From contig CAVYRH010000008.1 of NCBI GenBank assembly GCA_963770835.1, positions 128,001 through 192,000 on the forward strand: a DNA stretch of 64,000 nt. Reading direction: 5' to 3'. Both the position numbers and the translations under genes were made by a program. Positions within the stretch are counted from its first letter, which is position 1, and every line of letters begins with the position of its first letter. Below are positions 48,645 through 59,672 of the stretch, piece after piece. This DNA is from an uncultured Pseudomonadota bacterium. Its GTDB lineage: Bacteria > Oederibacteriota > Muellerivitia > Muellerivitales > Muellerivitaceae. Below the pieces are notes generated by a model. It ran no database searches. It worked only from the letters and a program-made list of their open reading frames with translations, and had not been told where the DNA came from.

Positions 48645-49145
48645 TTAAAGTTCATGTTCTCCTTCAGCGTCCTTCACCAGGGTCCTTCCGTCCTCCATGC
48701 GCAGGCGCAAGGTCCGGCTGGCCGTGCCCCCCGTTTCCTCGGCCAGGACCGGCAGGCTGTTTTTCCACAACAGCTTCTTGGCCATCAAAAGATTCCGCCT
48801 TCCGATGTCGAAAAATTCCCCGTCTTTTAGCACTTTGGATCCGCCCGCCAGCTTCACTTGGAGGGACTTCCGGGTCGCCCCCAAGGCGAAAATCTCGTTC
48901 AAGAAAAGCGCCAGCCCCGTATCGCCGAAGGTGGCGGGCTGTGCCTGGGCTTTTTCCGGGTTGATCCGGGAATCCGGGAGCATGAAGTGCAGCAGGCCGC
49001 CGACCCGGGCTTGCGGGTCGTAAGCCGCCACCCCCAGGCAGGACCCCAGGCTGTAGGTCACCAGGACCTCCTGGGGCCTGGTGCTGGTTTTGCAGTCCCC
49101 CACTCCCACGACCACCGTCAGTTGGCCCGTCTGGACTCTCTCCAT
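48645..49145 (-). CDS. cheD: Chemoreceptor glutamine deamidase
   Basis: LGSCLGV, GGLLHFMLP, KLAGG, IGRRN, ETGG..SR. Confidence 0.93.
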   Translation of the reverse strand: MERVQTGQLTVVVGVGDCKTSTRPQEVLVTYSLGSCLGVAAYDPQARVGGLLHFMLPDSRINPEKAQAQPATFGDTGLALFLNEIFALGATRKSLQVKLAGGSKVLKDGEFFDIGRRNLLMAKKLLWKNSLPVLAEETGGTASRTLRLRMEDGRTLVKDAEGEHEL

Positions 49146-49358
49146 TTTCGATTCCTTTAAAACCTTTTCTCACCGCCAAGACGCCATGCCGACCTTCATA
49201 TAAGACTTTAAAGAGGTCGGTATAGTACCGATTTCATTAACTCCCTTATGGAAAATCGGCACAAGACGCCAAGGAAGGCAAAACAAAACCTTGGGTTTTA
49301 AAACAATTTCCGGGCACTCATCTTTCGCTGTTCTTGGTGCCCTTGGTGCCTTGGTGGT

Positions 49359-49700
49359 TCAATCGCCTTTTTCGGCGGGGCTGCCGCCCTCGATGATGGC
49401 GCGCACCCTCTCGGAGAAAAACTCCTGCTTGAAACGGATATGGGCCGCCAAAACCTTGGCGAAGCGGGCCACGCCCTCATTGCCATTCGCCCAAACCAAT
49501 TCTTCCAACAACCGGTGGTCGGTCAGGACCCGGCCGATGTAGCCGCGGCCGTAACCGGCGCCCTCGCCGTATTTTTGGAGGAATTCAGCCTCGGCGCTGA
49601 AGTGGGGCTTGATCTCCGAGGTCCACAGCCGCCAAAGTTCGGCGCCGAGGGATTCCCCGCCGTTTTGTTCCTGGATTTGTTCTTGTTGTCCGTTGCTCAT
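49359..49700 (-). CDS. Small degenerate hemerythrin-like protein
   Basis: IKPHFSAEAEFL...DHRLL...LAAHIRFKQ; uses the 3' part of ORF 49359-50264, whose 5' part shadows the next gene. Confidence 0.55.
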   Translation of the reverse strand: MSNGQQEQIQEQNGGESLGAELWRLWTSEIKPHFSAEAEFLQKYGEGAGYGRGYIGRVLTDHRLLEELVWANGNEGVARFAKVLAAHIRFKQEFFSERVRAIIEGGSPAEKGD

Positions 49701-49711
49701 CGTCATTCCTC

Positions 49712-50515
49712 TCATCTTTTTAATTTTCTCAGGGAGTTGGACTGGCAGTCCCAAAGGCGGTTGATGGCCGCCATGATTTCCTCCGGGCTGGCCGGTTTGG
49801 GCAGGAACTCCATGCAGGTGTCGTATTTGTACTCGGCCTTCAGGTCGGAGGCCTCGTTGGAGGAGAAAACCAGTACCGGTTTCTGCTTGAGCAGGTTGTT
49901 CTTCCGGATCATCTTCAGGAAGGTACGGCCGTCCATTCCGGGCATCTGCAAGTCGGTGATGATCAGGTCCACCTTCTTTTGGGCCATCTCGGAGATGGCG
50001 TTGCGTCCGTCCTCCGCCTCGCGGATCACGCAGCCGGGCAGCTCCCGTTCCAGGATCCGGCGCACGAAGTTGCGGATGGTTGTCGAGTCCTCGATCAAGA
50101 GGATGTGCCTTTCCTCCCCCGGGCGGGTCTCCGGATCGGCCTCGACCGTGACGGTGGGGCCCAGGGTTTCCAATTGTTTGAAGAATTCCCACCTTTTCTT
50201 TTTCGAAATCACCGCTTTCACGCAGGTTTGTTTCTGGAAGGCCTCGCTGTCCTCGGAGACCCAATCGGTCAGGAGGAAAACCGGCCTTTTGGAGGGCTCC
50301 AGAACCTGGAGGAGTTCATGCCCTTCCAAACCGGGAATGGCGAACTCGGTGACGACCAGGTCGGTTTGGCCCGCCCTCAGGACTTCCTTGATTTGGCTGG
50401 GCGTCCCTGCCTCCCTGACCTCGAATCCCAGGATTTCCAGGCGGAGCGTAACGTACTGCCGGAAAGTCGGGTCCGCGTCGATCACCAACGCTGTTTTGGG
50501 GCTAACGGTAACCAT
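49712..50515 (-). CDS. Tandem dual-receiver response regulator (pseudo-REC + REC)
   Basis: LVIDAD...DLVVTEFAIPG then LLIEDS...DLIITDLQMPG...LPKP. Confidence 0.85.
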   Translation of the reverse strand: MVTVSPKTALVIDADPTFRQYVTLRLEILGFEVREAGTPSQIKEVLRAGQTDLVVTEFAIPGLEGHELLQVLEPSKRPVFLLTDWVSEDSEAFQKQTCVKAVISKKKRWEFFKQLETLGPTVTVEADPETRPGEERHILLIEDSTTIRNFVRRILERELPGCVIREAEDGRNAISEMAQKKVDLIITDLQMPGMDGRTFLKMIRKNNLLKQKPVLVFSSNEASDLKAEYKYDTCMEFLPKPASPEEIMAAINRLWDCQSNSLRKLKR

Positions 50516-50567
50516 ATTATTTCTCCTTCACTTCGCTTCTTTTCTCCGGACCCTTACGGGCCTGGGC

Positions 50568-51407
50568 TTAAGGCTTTACGTACACCGAGGAGGCCACCGG
50601 CCTCAGGGGGTGCTTGATGGCCAGGAGGCTTTCGGCCAGGCCTGTGAAAAAATAGCCGCCCTTTCGCAAGGTCCCCGCCATGCGGTGGACCAGCGCCTGC
50701 TGGACGTCCTGCTCGAAATAGATCATGACGTTGCGGCAGAAGACCACGTCGAAGGGGTTGCGGAAGGGGAAGTTTCCCCCGTTCAGGTTGAACCGGTGGA
50801 ATTGGACCATTTCCCTCAGGGCCCCGCCTACGCGGTAGGCCCTTTCCGCCCCCTTGCCGCCCGCCTCGAAATATTTCTGGAGCAGGGACGGCGGCACCCC
50901 TTGCACCTTTTCATTTTCATAAATTCCCGTCACGGCCTTATGGATCATGCGGCTGGACAGGTCGGTGGCCAGGATCTTCACACGGACCTCCGTCCCCACC
51001 GAGGCTTCCCTAGCGCCCATGGCCAGGGTGTAGGCCTCCTCGCCGGAGGAGCAGGCCGCGCTCCAAATCCTCAGGGTCTTGTCCGCCCTTTGGGCGGCGC
51101 CTTGGAGGAGCTCCGGCAGGAACCTTTGGGCCAGGAGGACGAAATGCTTGTCTTCCCGGAAAAACTCGGTCTTGTTGGTGGTCACCACGTCCAGCATGCG
51201 GGCCAGCTCCTCCCCCGACTCGTCCGAAAGCACCAACTCGTAGTACTCCTTGAACGAGGTGAGGGAGAGGGCCCTCAGGCGTTTGGCTAGGCGGGCCCGC
51301 AGGAGTTCCGATTTCACCGTTCCCAAATGGATACCGCTGTGGCGGCGCACCATTTCAGAAAAGCGCTGGAAATCCGCGGGCTTTAGCTCTTGTGTCTGGC
51401 TTTCCAT
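50568..51407 (-). CDS. cheR: Chemotaxis protein methyltransferase
   Basis: TTNKTEFFRE, RIWSAACSSGEEAY, ATDLS, FCRNVMIYF. Confidence 0.96.
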   Translation of the reverse strand: MESQTQELKPADFQRFSEMVRRHSGIHLGTVKSELLRARLAKRLRALSLTSFKEYYELVLSDESGEELARMLDVVTTNKTEFFREDKHFVLLAQRFLPELLQGAAQRADKTLRIWSAACSSGEEAYTLAMGAREASVGTEVRVKILATDLSSRMIHKAVTGIYENEKVQGVPPSLLQKYFEAGGKGAERAYRVGGALREMVQFHRFNLNGGNFPFRNPFDVVFCRNVMIYFEQDVQQALVHRMAGTLRKGGYFFTGLAESLLAIKHPLRPVASSVYVKP

Positions 51408-51436
51408 ATTCAAAACCTCCGACCAAACATTTTTCC

Positions 51437-51548
51437 ACCACCAAGGTCACCAAGAGCACCAAGAACAACAAAGGCTTTATGTGTTTTCTTGCCTTGGACC
51501 CGGTTTAGGTTTTGCCTTTCTTGGTGAACTTGGTGCCCTTGGTGGTTC
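51437..51548. repeat. Inverted arrays of 9-mer CACCAAG-type repeats (also ~49171-49360)
   Basis: CACCAAGGTCACCAAGAGCACCAAGAA ... TTCTTGGTGAACTTGGTGCCCTTGGTGG. Confidence 0.7.
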
Positions 51549-51557
51549 ATATTGTTT

Positions 51558-53174
51558 TTAGAAATCCCTTAGGTCTTCATGCCCCAGGGGAATGACTTCC
51601 TCGGGGGAGGACTTCGCGAAAGCATGGACCAGCGTTTTATGTGTGATTTTCTTCTTGTCGCGGCCGTTTCCCGAAGGCGCCGTTGAGGGCTTGAACGAAG
51701 CCGCTTGGAAAACCGCCGGCTTGGGGGCCGCCACGGGGGCCTGGAAAGTAAGCTTGGCCGCGTCCTGGTTGCCTTCCGGCAGGACCGCCAATTGCACCAC
51801 CATGTCCTTGAGGGTTTGGGCCTGGCTGGACATTTCCTCGCTGGAGGAGGCCAGTTCCTCGGCGTTGGAGGTGTTGCGCTGGGTGACCTTGTCCATCTGG
51901 GCCACGGCGATGTTGATTTCCTCGATGCCCTTCGATTGTTCCTGGCTGGCCGCGGCGATCTCGCCCACCAGGTCGGAGACCTTCTTGGCCCTGTCCACGA
52001 TCTCGGAGAGGGTCTTGCCCGCTTCCTCGCTGACGCGCACGCCCTGGCCCACGCGCTTGGCGTTTTCCTCGATGAGGGCGGCCGTATCCTTGGCCGCTGT
52101 GGCGCTGCGGTGCGCCAAATTGCGCACCTCCTCGGCCACCACCGCGAAGCCCTTGCCGTGTTCCCCGGCCCGGGCCGCCTCAACGGCGGCGTTCAAGGCC
52201 AGCAGGTTGGTCTGGAAGGCGATCTCCTCGATGGTCTTGATGATCTTGGAGATCTTTTCCGCGCTTTCGTTGGTCTCGATCATGGACTTGACCGTCTCCC
52301 CGACGGCCTGGTTGCCTTGCAGCACCATGGCGCGGGTGTCTTCGACAAGTTTGGAGGCGCGAAGGGCGTTTTCCGCGTTCTGCCGGGTCATGGAGGCCAT
52401 TTCCTCGAGCGAGGAGCTGGTTTCCTCCAGGCTGGAGGCCGATTCCCCCGCTCCCTCGGCCAATTGCTGGCTTGCGGAGGAGGTCATGGAGGAAGCCGAG
52501 GCCACTTGGTTGGCGCTTTCAATGAGTCCGCGCGTGAGGGCCCTTAAGGTTCGGGCCACCCCCAGGGAAATCATGAGGTTCAGGAAAATACCGCCCAGCA
52601 CGAGGAGCACCAGCAGGACCCCGATTAGCCGCCCGTTGGCGATTTGGTCGATGACCGCCGTCTGGGAATCCTGGACCTTCTTGTTCAAGAGGGCTACATA
52701 GCCCTGGCTGGCGTTGTCGAAATCGATGGTGATGTCTTTCAGGTAGGAGGTGTAAAGTTCCAGCGAAGCGGTTTTTTCAATCGGCTGCTGGACGAGGGCG
52801 GTCAACTTGGTGGCGACACCGTCCAGCTGTTCCCCCAGTTTCCTCAGGAAGTCCTGCTCGTCGGCATCGGTCTCCACTGTTTGTAAGTCCTGGTAAGCGT
52901 CCTGCGCCTTTTTCAGGTAGACCATGGTGACGTCCTTATGGTGCTGGTCCTTGACGATGGCCACGTCCTTGCCCTTGGAAACCGCCAATTGGAAATTGTT
53001 GTCCAGCTCCTGGGCCAGGCGCACGGCCGTGCTGGCCTTGACCACTTGTTCCAGGCCCTTTCCCGCCGAGTGCAACAGCGCCAGGAATTGGATAAAAAAG
53101 AAGACCATCAGCGCTGCCACCAAAATCGACGACCCCACCAGCTTGGTATCCAGCTTCATTCGGTTAAAACCCAT
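51558..53174 (-). CDS. Methyl-accepting chemotaxis protein (helical periplasmic sensor, C-terminal DLRDF pentapeptide-like tail)
   Basis: Two TMs; [34 protein letters not shown]. Confidence 0.96.
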   Translation of the reverse strand: MGFNRMKLDTKLVGSSILVAALMVFFFIQFLALLHSAGKGLEQVVKASTAVRLAQELDNNFQLAVSKGKDVAIVKDQHHKDVTMVYLKKAQDAYQDLQTVETDADEQDFLRKLGEQLDGVATKLTALVQQPIEKTASLELYTSYLKDITIDFDNASQGYVALLNKKVQDSQTAVIDQIANGRLIGVLLVLLVLGGIFLNLMISLGVARTLRALTRGLIESANQVASASSMTSSASQQLAEGAGESASSLEETSSSLEEMASMTRQNAENALRASKLVEDTRAMVLQGNQAVGETVKSMIETNESAEKISKIIKTIEEIAFQTNLLALNAAVEAARAGEHGKGFAVVAEEVRNLAHRSATAAKDTAALIEENAKRVGQGVRVSEEAGKTLSEIVDRAKKVSDLVGEIAAASQEQSKGIEEINIAVAQMDKVTQRNTSNAEELASSSEEMSSQAQTLKDMVVQLAVLPEGNQDAAKLTFQAPVAAPKPAVFQAASFKPSTAPSGNGRDKKKITHKTLVHAFAKSSPEEVIPLGHEDLRDF

Positions 53175-53176
53175 GA

Positions 53177-53704
53177 CTATCCCTCCTTTGTTTCGGTGGA
53201 CGCCTGGGCATCCCCTGTGAGTTGCTCGAGCTTCTTGAGTTCTTGAAGGTCCTGCTCCTGCATGACCTTGTCCATGTCCAAAAGGACGATGACCCGTCCC
53301 TTGGTCTTGGAAAGGCCCGTCACGAAATCCAGCTTCATGTCCTCGCCCAGGGCGGGCACCGGTTCCACGTCCGAGGCCGCGATTTGGACCACCTCGCTGA
53401 CCCCGTCCACCAAAAGGCCGGTCAGGACCTGCCCTTCCTTGCCCTCCACCATGGTGGTGATGATGCAGGTTTCCCGGGTAGCCGCGGATTCGGGAAGGGA
53501 GAATTTCCGGCGCATGTCCACCACGGGAATGATCTTTCCACGTAGGTTGACCACGCCCCGTATGTGCAGGGCGGTCAAGGGAACGGGCGTGATTTCCATC
53601 ATGGCCACGATTTCACGCACCCTCAGGATCTCGATGCCGTATTCCTCGCGGCCCAATCGGAAGGTGAGGTACTTGCCTTCCGTTTTTTTCAAGGTTGCTT
53701 CCAT
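53177..53704 (-). CDS. cheW: Chemotaxis coupling protein CheW
   Basis: [43 protein letters not shown]. Confidence 0.95.
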   Translation of the reverse strand: MEATLKKTEGKYLTFRLGREEYGIEILRVREIVAMMEITPVPLTALHIRGVVNLRGKIIPVVDMRRKFSLPESAATRETCIITTMVEGKEGQVLTGLLVDGVSEVVQIAASDVEPVPALGEDMKLDFVTGLSKTKGRVIVLLDMDKVMQEQDLQELKKLEQLTGDAQASTETKEG

Positions 53705-53914
53705 TGTTCGCTCCTTATTGAGTTCCGGCCTCGACACCGGTTTTCCGCTTCATCACCCCTCACTCTTCCCTCTCACGCAAGGGGCGAGTGTTTTTTTTGG
53801 TTTTCCCCCTCTCCCTTGACGGGAGAGGGCGGGGTGAGGGTGAAAAAAAGTTCATCTATACAAACCGAGGCATTACCCATCTTTCTCTCAAAGCCGTTCG
53901 CCCTTCCTTCTAAA

Positions 53915-54027
53915 GCAATCGAGGTGCCAAGTTTGTCACCCTTAAAAAGCTTGAAAAATAAGGCTTCTAGGATTTTGCCATCTTCCTTTCACTGCGCAAC
54001 TTCTTGGCAATGCCCAATATTTGGGCA
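53915..54027 (-). promoter_or_regulatory. Sigma-54 promoter (TGGCAC-CTCGA-TTGC) with tandem UAS at 53993-54027
   Basis: Perfect -24/-12 consensus; TGCGCA-N5-TTGGCA-A-TGCCCA-N5-TGGGCA. Confidence 0.8.
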
Positions 54028-54054
54028 GTAGAAAAATCCGGTGCGTCTGAGTTT

Positions 54055-54178
54055 GTCATTGCGAGGAGGTACTGTTTTATTTGGTGCCGACACGGCAATC
54101 CTAACCAATCAACAAACTACAGTTTTTTGATCGTTTCGGATTGCCTCCTCGGTCAAAAATCGACCTCCTCTCAATGAC
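54055..54178. repeat. GTCATTGCGAG...GCAATC / GATTGC...CAATGAC REP-like pair
   Basis: Inverted repeats visible in the intergenic region. Confidence 0.6.
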
Positions 54179-54422
54179 GACCAAATTCAAATTGAGCTGC
54201 CACTGGAAAATTCAGGAAATCGGGAAGGCGGGGTGCGGTTTCCGGCGGGCTTAGGAATTCTTTTGCTTCCCGTTCATCCGGTCGAGGAGTTCCTGGGAGG
54301 AAATCTTCGATCCCGAGGCGGAAAAAATAATTCCGGGTTGCCTTAACTTTTCGTCCCGGGGAGGGGTTGGGGAAGCGGGTTTTCCCTCCTCCGGGGCTTG
54401 CCCGGGAATGCCCTTCCCTTCC

Positions 54423-55859
54423 TCAGGCATGGGCCTTGGCCAGGGACGGGGCGGTTTTGATCGGGGCCCTCTTCGACGTGGGGCTCCCGGGGAAGGAAGC
54501 CACCCCTTGTGTTTTCGCCCCCTCCAACACGCCGGTCAGCTTGCCCACCATTTCGCGGACGGAAGAGGCTTGGGAGGCCAATTCCACGCTGGACGAGGAC
54601 AATTCCTCGGCGTTGGCGCTGTTGCGCTGGGTGACCTTGTCCATCTGGGCCACGGCGATGTTGACCTCGCCGATGCCCTTGGATTGCTCCTGGCTGGCGG
54701 CGGCGATCCCCAGCACCAGCTCCGAAACCTTGGCGGCCTGGGCAACGATCTCCGACAGGGCCTTCCCGGCCTTCTCGCTGACCGCCACGCCCGCGGTGAC
54801 CCTTTGGGCGTTTTCCTCGATGAGGGCCGCCGAATCCTTGGCGGCCTGCGCGCTGCGCTGGGCCAGGCTGCGCACTTCCTCGGCCACTACGGCGAAACCC
54901 CGCCCGTGTTCCCCGGCCCGGGCCGCCTCCACGGCGGCGTTCAGGGCCAGCAGGTTGGTCTGGAAGGCGATCTCCTCGATGGTTTTGATGATTTTCGTCA
55001 CCTTTTCCGAACTCTCCTTGGTCTGCCGCATGGACTTCACGGTGCCTTCGACGGCCTGGTCCCCCTGGAGGATGAGCTCCCGGGAGTCCCTCATGAACTG
55101 GGCGGCCTGCCCTGCGTTGTCGGCGTTTTGTCGGGTCATGGAGGCGATTTCCTCCAGCGAGGAACTGGTCTCTTCCAGGACGCTGGCAGACTCGGAGGCC
55201 CCCTCGGACATCTGCTGGCTGGCGGTTGAGATTTGGGAGGAACTGGAGGCCATCCTCTCGGCGCTCCCGCTTAAGGATTCGATGATTTCTTTCAGAGGCC
55301 CCGAAACCTGCTTTTCCAGCGCGAAAGCCACCAGAAAGGAGACGGCCAGCGAAAGCAACAGGACAATGGCCATGACGCCGGTGTAGCCGGCCATCTTGGC
55401 GTTCATTTCCTTCATGTCCGATTCCAGGTAGATCGTCCCCTTGAGGTCCTCGCCCATCCGGATCTCATGGAAAAGCGAAACCTTGCCGTCGGCAACCTCG
55501 AACCCGTCCCTCTGGACGGACGGAAACCCGCCCGCGCCCGCCGAGCCCGGCCGGAATTGGGCGAAAAGGTCCCCCTTGGCGTCGTAAAAGCAGGCGCCCA
55601 GGATGTGGGGATTGGCCTTCAAGGTCTGCAGGATGTTCTCCGCCGTGTTGGCGTCGCTGAAGGTCAGCGCCGCCGTGGCGTTTTCCCCCAGGACCTGGGC
55701 CAGGTTGGAGAGGTTCGCCGCCATGATTTTGGGGAAGGTGGCTTTTTCGTTGGAAACCAGGATCAAGGCCGCCAGGATGAGCGAGAGGGCCGTGGAAACC
55801 ACGGCGATCCCCATGATCTTGGTCCTGAGGGAAATCCCCTTCAAAGTCGTTCCGTTCAT
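54423..55859 (-). CDS. Methyl-accepting chemotaxis protein with CHASE8 (YfiN-type) periplasmic domain
   Basis: [44 protein letters not shown]...[11 protein letters not shown] signalling hairpin. Confidence 0.9.
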   Translation of the reverse strand: MNGTTLKGISLRTKIMGIAVVSTALSLILAALILVSNEKATFPKIMAANLSNLAQVLGENATAALTFSDANTAENILQTLKANPHILGACFYDAKGDLFAQFRPGSAGAGGFPSVQRDGFEVADGKVSLFHEIRMGEDLKGTIYLESDMKEMNAKMAGYTGVMAIVLLLSLAVSFLVAFALEKQVSGPLKEIIESLSGSAERMASSSSQISTASQQMSEGASESASVLEETSSSLEEIASMTRQNADNAGQAAQFMRDSRELILQGDQAVEGTVKSMRQTKESSEKVTKIIKTIEEIAFQTNLLALNAAVEAARAGEHGRGFAVVAEEVRSLAQRSAQAAKDSAALIEENAQRVTAGVAVSEKAGKALSEIVAQAAKVSELVLGIAAASQEQSKGIGEVNIAVAQMDKVTQRNSANAEELSSSSVELASQASSVREMVGKLTGVLEGAKTQGVASFPGSPTSKRAPIKTAPSLAKAHA

Positions 55860-55860
55860 G

Positions 55861-56424
55861 TTATTCCTCCGCCTGGTAAAGCTTGGCGACCTGTAAAAGC
55901 TGGGAGCTGATGGAAAGTCCCGCCTTCTTGGCCGCGGATTCGTTGAGTGTCAGGGTGATCTTCTGCCCTTCCTGGTCGAACTGGATCACGCCCCCCTTCA
56001 CGGGGAACTGGTCGATCTCGGAAACCGTCAGGACGGAGGCCCCCTTTAGGGCTTTTAGGATTTCCCCCACCTGGTCCTTCTCCGAATAAGAGATGAAGAG
56101 CACCTGGCACTTGGCCAGCTTGGACCCCATCCCCGCGCTGAAGTCCCCCAGGCGCTTCACCTGCAGGGTGTGGCCCCCGGCGGTCTTTCCCTGCACCGCG
56201 CCGTCCAAGGCCGCCCCGAAGGGGTCGTCGCCCAGGATGCCGATGACCAGGGGGCTGCCGTCGTCCAGCGCCCCCTGGGGCCAATGGACGAACTGGGTGA
56301 AGTTGTAGAGATAGGCGGCTTTGACCCCGTACTCGGAGACTTCCCCCGCCGCCGGTTTGGGCCCGGCGGCCAGGAGAAGAAGCCCTAAGGAGAGGAAGAG
56401 AGTTTTGAATGCTTGATTTTTCAT
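55861..56424 (-). CDS. YfiR-family (DUF4154) periplasmic protein
   Basis: [57 protein letters not shown]. Confidence 0.92.
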   Translation of the reverse strand: MKNQAFKTLFLSLGLLLLAAGPKPAAGEVSEYGVKAAYLYNFTQFVHWPQGALDDGSPLVIGILGDDPFGAALDGAVQGKTAGGHTLQVKRLGDFSAGMGSKLAKCQVLFISYSEKDQVGEILKALKGASVLTVSEIDQFPVKGGVIQFDQEGQKITLTLNESAAKKAGLSISSQLLQVAKLYQAEE

Positions 56425-56448
56425 GTGTTTTTTCCTTTCTCGCGGCGG

Positions 56449-58597
56449 TTAATAACGGACCGTGACTTGGCCGTAAACGCTTGGCACGATCTCAGTGGGA
56501 GAAATGCCGTAGGACTGAAGGGTTTCCGTGTGGGCCCCTTCCAGGTCCATGCCCCAGAAGGCCACTTCCAGGTTGTCGGTGGCCTTGAAGTCCGCCCCCA
56601 GGTCCCAACGGACATAGTCGGGGGTGATGGAATTGCCCGAGTTGGCGTCGTAAAGGAAGGTGGCATCGGTGTAATAAATGTTGTTGTTGAGCTCCAGCCC
56701 CTTGACCGGCTCATAGGTCAGGCGGCAGTTGATCAAATTGTGCGGCGGCGGCGCGCCCAAGTTGACGCTGGAGGCGTTGATCATGGCCTGGTCGTAGCTT
56801 TGGTAGGTATAGCCCAAGGCCGCGTGGAAGCAGGAAGCCGGTTCCCACTTGATGCTGGTTTCCACGCCATAGATGTCGCCTGAACCGCCGTTAACCTCTT
56901 GGTAGGCTGGCATGACGCTGGTGTCGATGATGCCCCCCGCCGGGGAGGCGAAAACCCCATTGACGCCAGGGATGGCGATGAGCTGGTCGTAGTGATTGTA
57001 GAAAGTGGCGATATCCAGCGTACTGTCCTTGGTGGGGCTGGTCCGGAAGCCCAGTTCGTAAGAGACCAGGGTCTCCGACTTCAGGTTGGGGTTCGGCACC
57101 AGCCCGGAGTAATAGGCGGGCGTTCCAGGCCCCATCGTGCCCGCGGGCAACCCGTAAAAGTACAGGTAACCGGTGTCCGCCAGCTGGTTGGGAGTGCGCA
57201 CGGCCCGGGACACGGCGGCCCAAAGGCTGCTGTTGTCATCCGGCAGGAAGAGCAGGCGCCCGGAAGGCTGCAGTTCATTGCCCGTGTAGGGGTTGTTCTC
57301 CAGTTTGGCCCCGCCGGTCAGGTAAAGGCGGCCTATCCACCAGGGTCAGTTTGTCCTGTAGGAAACCCGAGTAGATGTTCTGGTTCTGGGGCGTGTAATA
57401 CCAGTCGATCTGGTTGAAGAACTGGTCGGCGATGTTGCGCCAACTCCCTCCCCAGGTGATTTCGTTGACCGAAGCCAGGTGGAAGCGGTGCTGGAACTCG
57501 ACGTCCAGCTGCCCCACGTTGGAGATGCGGCTGTCGCCGGTGGTGGTCAGGTTGTTGTAGTCGTAATAGGCGAAGGCTTGGATCTGGGAATCATCCTCGA
57601 AATCCCTCGTCCAGCGGCCCAGGATGTGGGCATTTTGCTCCACATCGGTATTGATATCCGTGAAGAACTGGAAGTTCTGGGCGTCGAAGAAGTTGTCGGC
57701 AGCGGTGTTGAGCTGGGCGTAGTTGAAATAGCCCTTTTGGCCCTCGCCTTCCAAGGTCCATTGGTCCGCTCCGTCGTGGAGGTCGGCCCGGAACCCGGCC
57801 CTGAAGTCGTACCACTCGTCGTTCCAGGTGCTTCCCAGGATGGTCTCCCCTTCCCCCGTGCCCGGGTTCAAGGAAGGGTTCTGGTTGTTCACCTGCCCGT
57901 AAACCCGGTAGTAAAGGTCATCGCCGGCCTTGCCGCCGTAGCGGAAGGCGCTTCCACCGTTCAGGGCGCTGGTGCCGCTGACCCCCGAGGGATAAAGATT
58001 GGTCCCCCCATTGGCCGAAAGGTAGAGGCCCTGGGTCTGCTTGGCGTCCTTGGTGATGATGTTCACGATGCCGTTGACCGCGTTGGAACCCCAAAGGGTG
58101 CCGCCCGGCCCCCGGATGACCTCGATATGGTCGATGTCCTCCAGCATTACATCCTGCTGGTTCCAGTTGACGCCCCCCAGGATGGGGTCATAAACGCTGC
58201 GCCCGTCGACGAGCACCAGCATCTTATCGTTGTAGTTCGCGTTGAACCCACGGGCGCTGATGGCCCATTGGTTGGCGGACTGGCGGGCCACTTGCACGCC
58301 CGGCACCATGGCCAAAAGGTCGGCCACGGTCTTGGCCCCGCTGCGCCGGATATCGTCGGCCGTGATGACGAAAATGGCCGAGGTGGCTTCCCGCAGGGAC
58401 TCCGCCTTTTTGGAGGAGGAAGTCACCACCACGTTCAGGCCGGCCAGGTCGGCCAGGCTGACCGAGGTCAGGTCGTTCGCAGTCTTCCCAACTTGGTTTT
58501 CATCCGCGATCGCCGGGAAAAATCCTCCCGACAGCAGGATGACCGACAAGGCCGCTAGGGCCTTGAGAACTTTTAAACTTCTTTCAAAAAACTTCAT
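56449..58597 (-). pseudogene. TonB-dependent receptor split by an apparent 1-bp insertion near 57334
   Basis: Plug motifs VITADDIRRSG, LVLVDGR, IEVIRGPG..LWGSNAVNGIVNIITK; the frame change at GTGGAT-A-GGCCGC restores RLYLTGGAKLE...PSGRLLF...; C-terminal VTVRY. Confidence 0.85.
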
Positions 58598-59087
58598 GAC
58601 TTCCTCCAAAGATTGAATTGAACTTCCCGGCTTCCACTTCCACGGCCAGCCCGTCCACGTCCAACAAAAAGACCTGTCGGCCCTGGAATCGAACCGGCCC
58701 CTGGAGGAATCCCTCCATGACGCTTTCTTCCGCCCCCGGATCGTCCCCGGTATCCTTTTTCCGGATTTCGATGATTTCCCGGACTCCATCCACCAAGAAC
58801 CCCATCAAAAAGGGCCCGTCCCAACCTTGGGCCATAACGGTGACGATGCATTGGTCCGAAGGCCGTCCGGCCTTTCCCTGGCCCAAGCGCCGCCTCAAAT
58901 TCACGACCGGCACGGTCTTGCTCCGGAGTTTGAGGACCGAGTCTTCAGCGGCCTCCCCCCGGGACAAGGAATCCACCAAGGGGGACCCGAGGATTTCCCG
59001 GACCTTCTGGATTTCCACCGCGTATTCCGTGCGGCCGATGAAAAAAGCGAGGAACCTTCCTTCAATATTTCCAATCATGGTTTTCAT
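58584..59087 (-). CDS. cheW: Divergent CheW-like protein
   Basis: FLAFFIGRTEYAVEIQKVREI, LRSKTVPVVNLRRRLG, GFLVDGVREI. Confidence 0.8.
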   Translation of the reverse strand: MKTMIGNIEGRFLAFFIGRTEYAVEIQKVREILGSPLVDSLSRGEAAEDSVLKLRSKTVPVVNLRRRLGQGKAGRPSDQCIVTVMAQGWDGPFLMGFLVDGVREIIEIRKKDTGDDPGAEESVMEGFLQGPVRFQGRQVFLLDVDGLAVEVEAGKFNSIFGGSHEVF

Positions 59088-59099
59088 CGTTTCTTTCCC

Positions 59100-59654
59100 C
59101 TACCTTTCCGGCAGGACCGTGGCGACTAGGACGCCGACGGTTTTCGACCCATCCACGACGGGGAAGGCGATCTCGACCGTTTGCGAGGAGCCCATCGGAA
59201 AGGGCTGGTTCACGTAAACCTGGCCGGCGCCGTGGTTGAAGCAATTGGCGAAACAAGGATCTTCATCCTGGAGGAAATCATGGGGTTTGAAGATCGTCCC
59301 CACGACCCGGCCCTGGGCGTCCAGGGTGAAGCAATCCACCAGCGATATTTCCTTGATGAAACCGGCCCACAAGGACTGGCTGGAGGGCTTCTTCCGGTAG
59401 GCTTCGACAAGGTCGGAAAGCTCCGTGCTGCGGACCCACTGCTCCTGGATTTCCTGGACCTTGGCCCCATCGGTCAACCGGCGGTTCTGGTCCTCGATGT
59501 CGGCCACCACGTCCTTCTCCTGGGCCAACTGCTGGATCAGCGCGAAAGTTTGCCTGGAGATCGACAACCCCTGGACCGCGGGTCCTTCGGCCATCGCCCC
59601 CCCTTTTCCCAGCAAAAACATTGTCAAAATCAGTGGTAAAGCCGCCTTCTTCAT
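59100..59654 (-). CDS. Secreted stand-alone PDC/Cache-like sensor domain protein
   Basis: Signal peptide; FTLDAQGRVVG...DFLQDED...GAGQVYV...IAFPVVDGSKTVGVL. Confidence 0.6.
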   Translation of the reverse strand: MKKAALPLILTMFLLGKGGAMAEGPAVQGLSISRQTFALIQQLAQEKDVVADIEDQNRRLTDGAKVQEIQEQWVRSTELSDLVEAYRKKPSSQSLWAGFIKEISLVDCFTLDAQGRVVGTIFKPHDFLQDEDPCFANCFNHGAGQVYVNQPFPMGSSQTVEIAFPVVDGSKTVGVLVATVLPER

Positions 59655-59672
59655 GCCATTTCTCCTTAAAAT

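Noticed and set aside
51750..55230. High DNA similarity between the two MCP genes as a DGR or recombination cassette
   Set aside because: Confined to the conserved signalling hairpin; no adenine-specific pattern noticed and no reverse transcriptase
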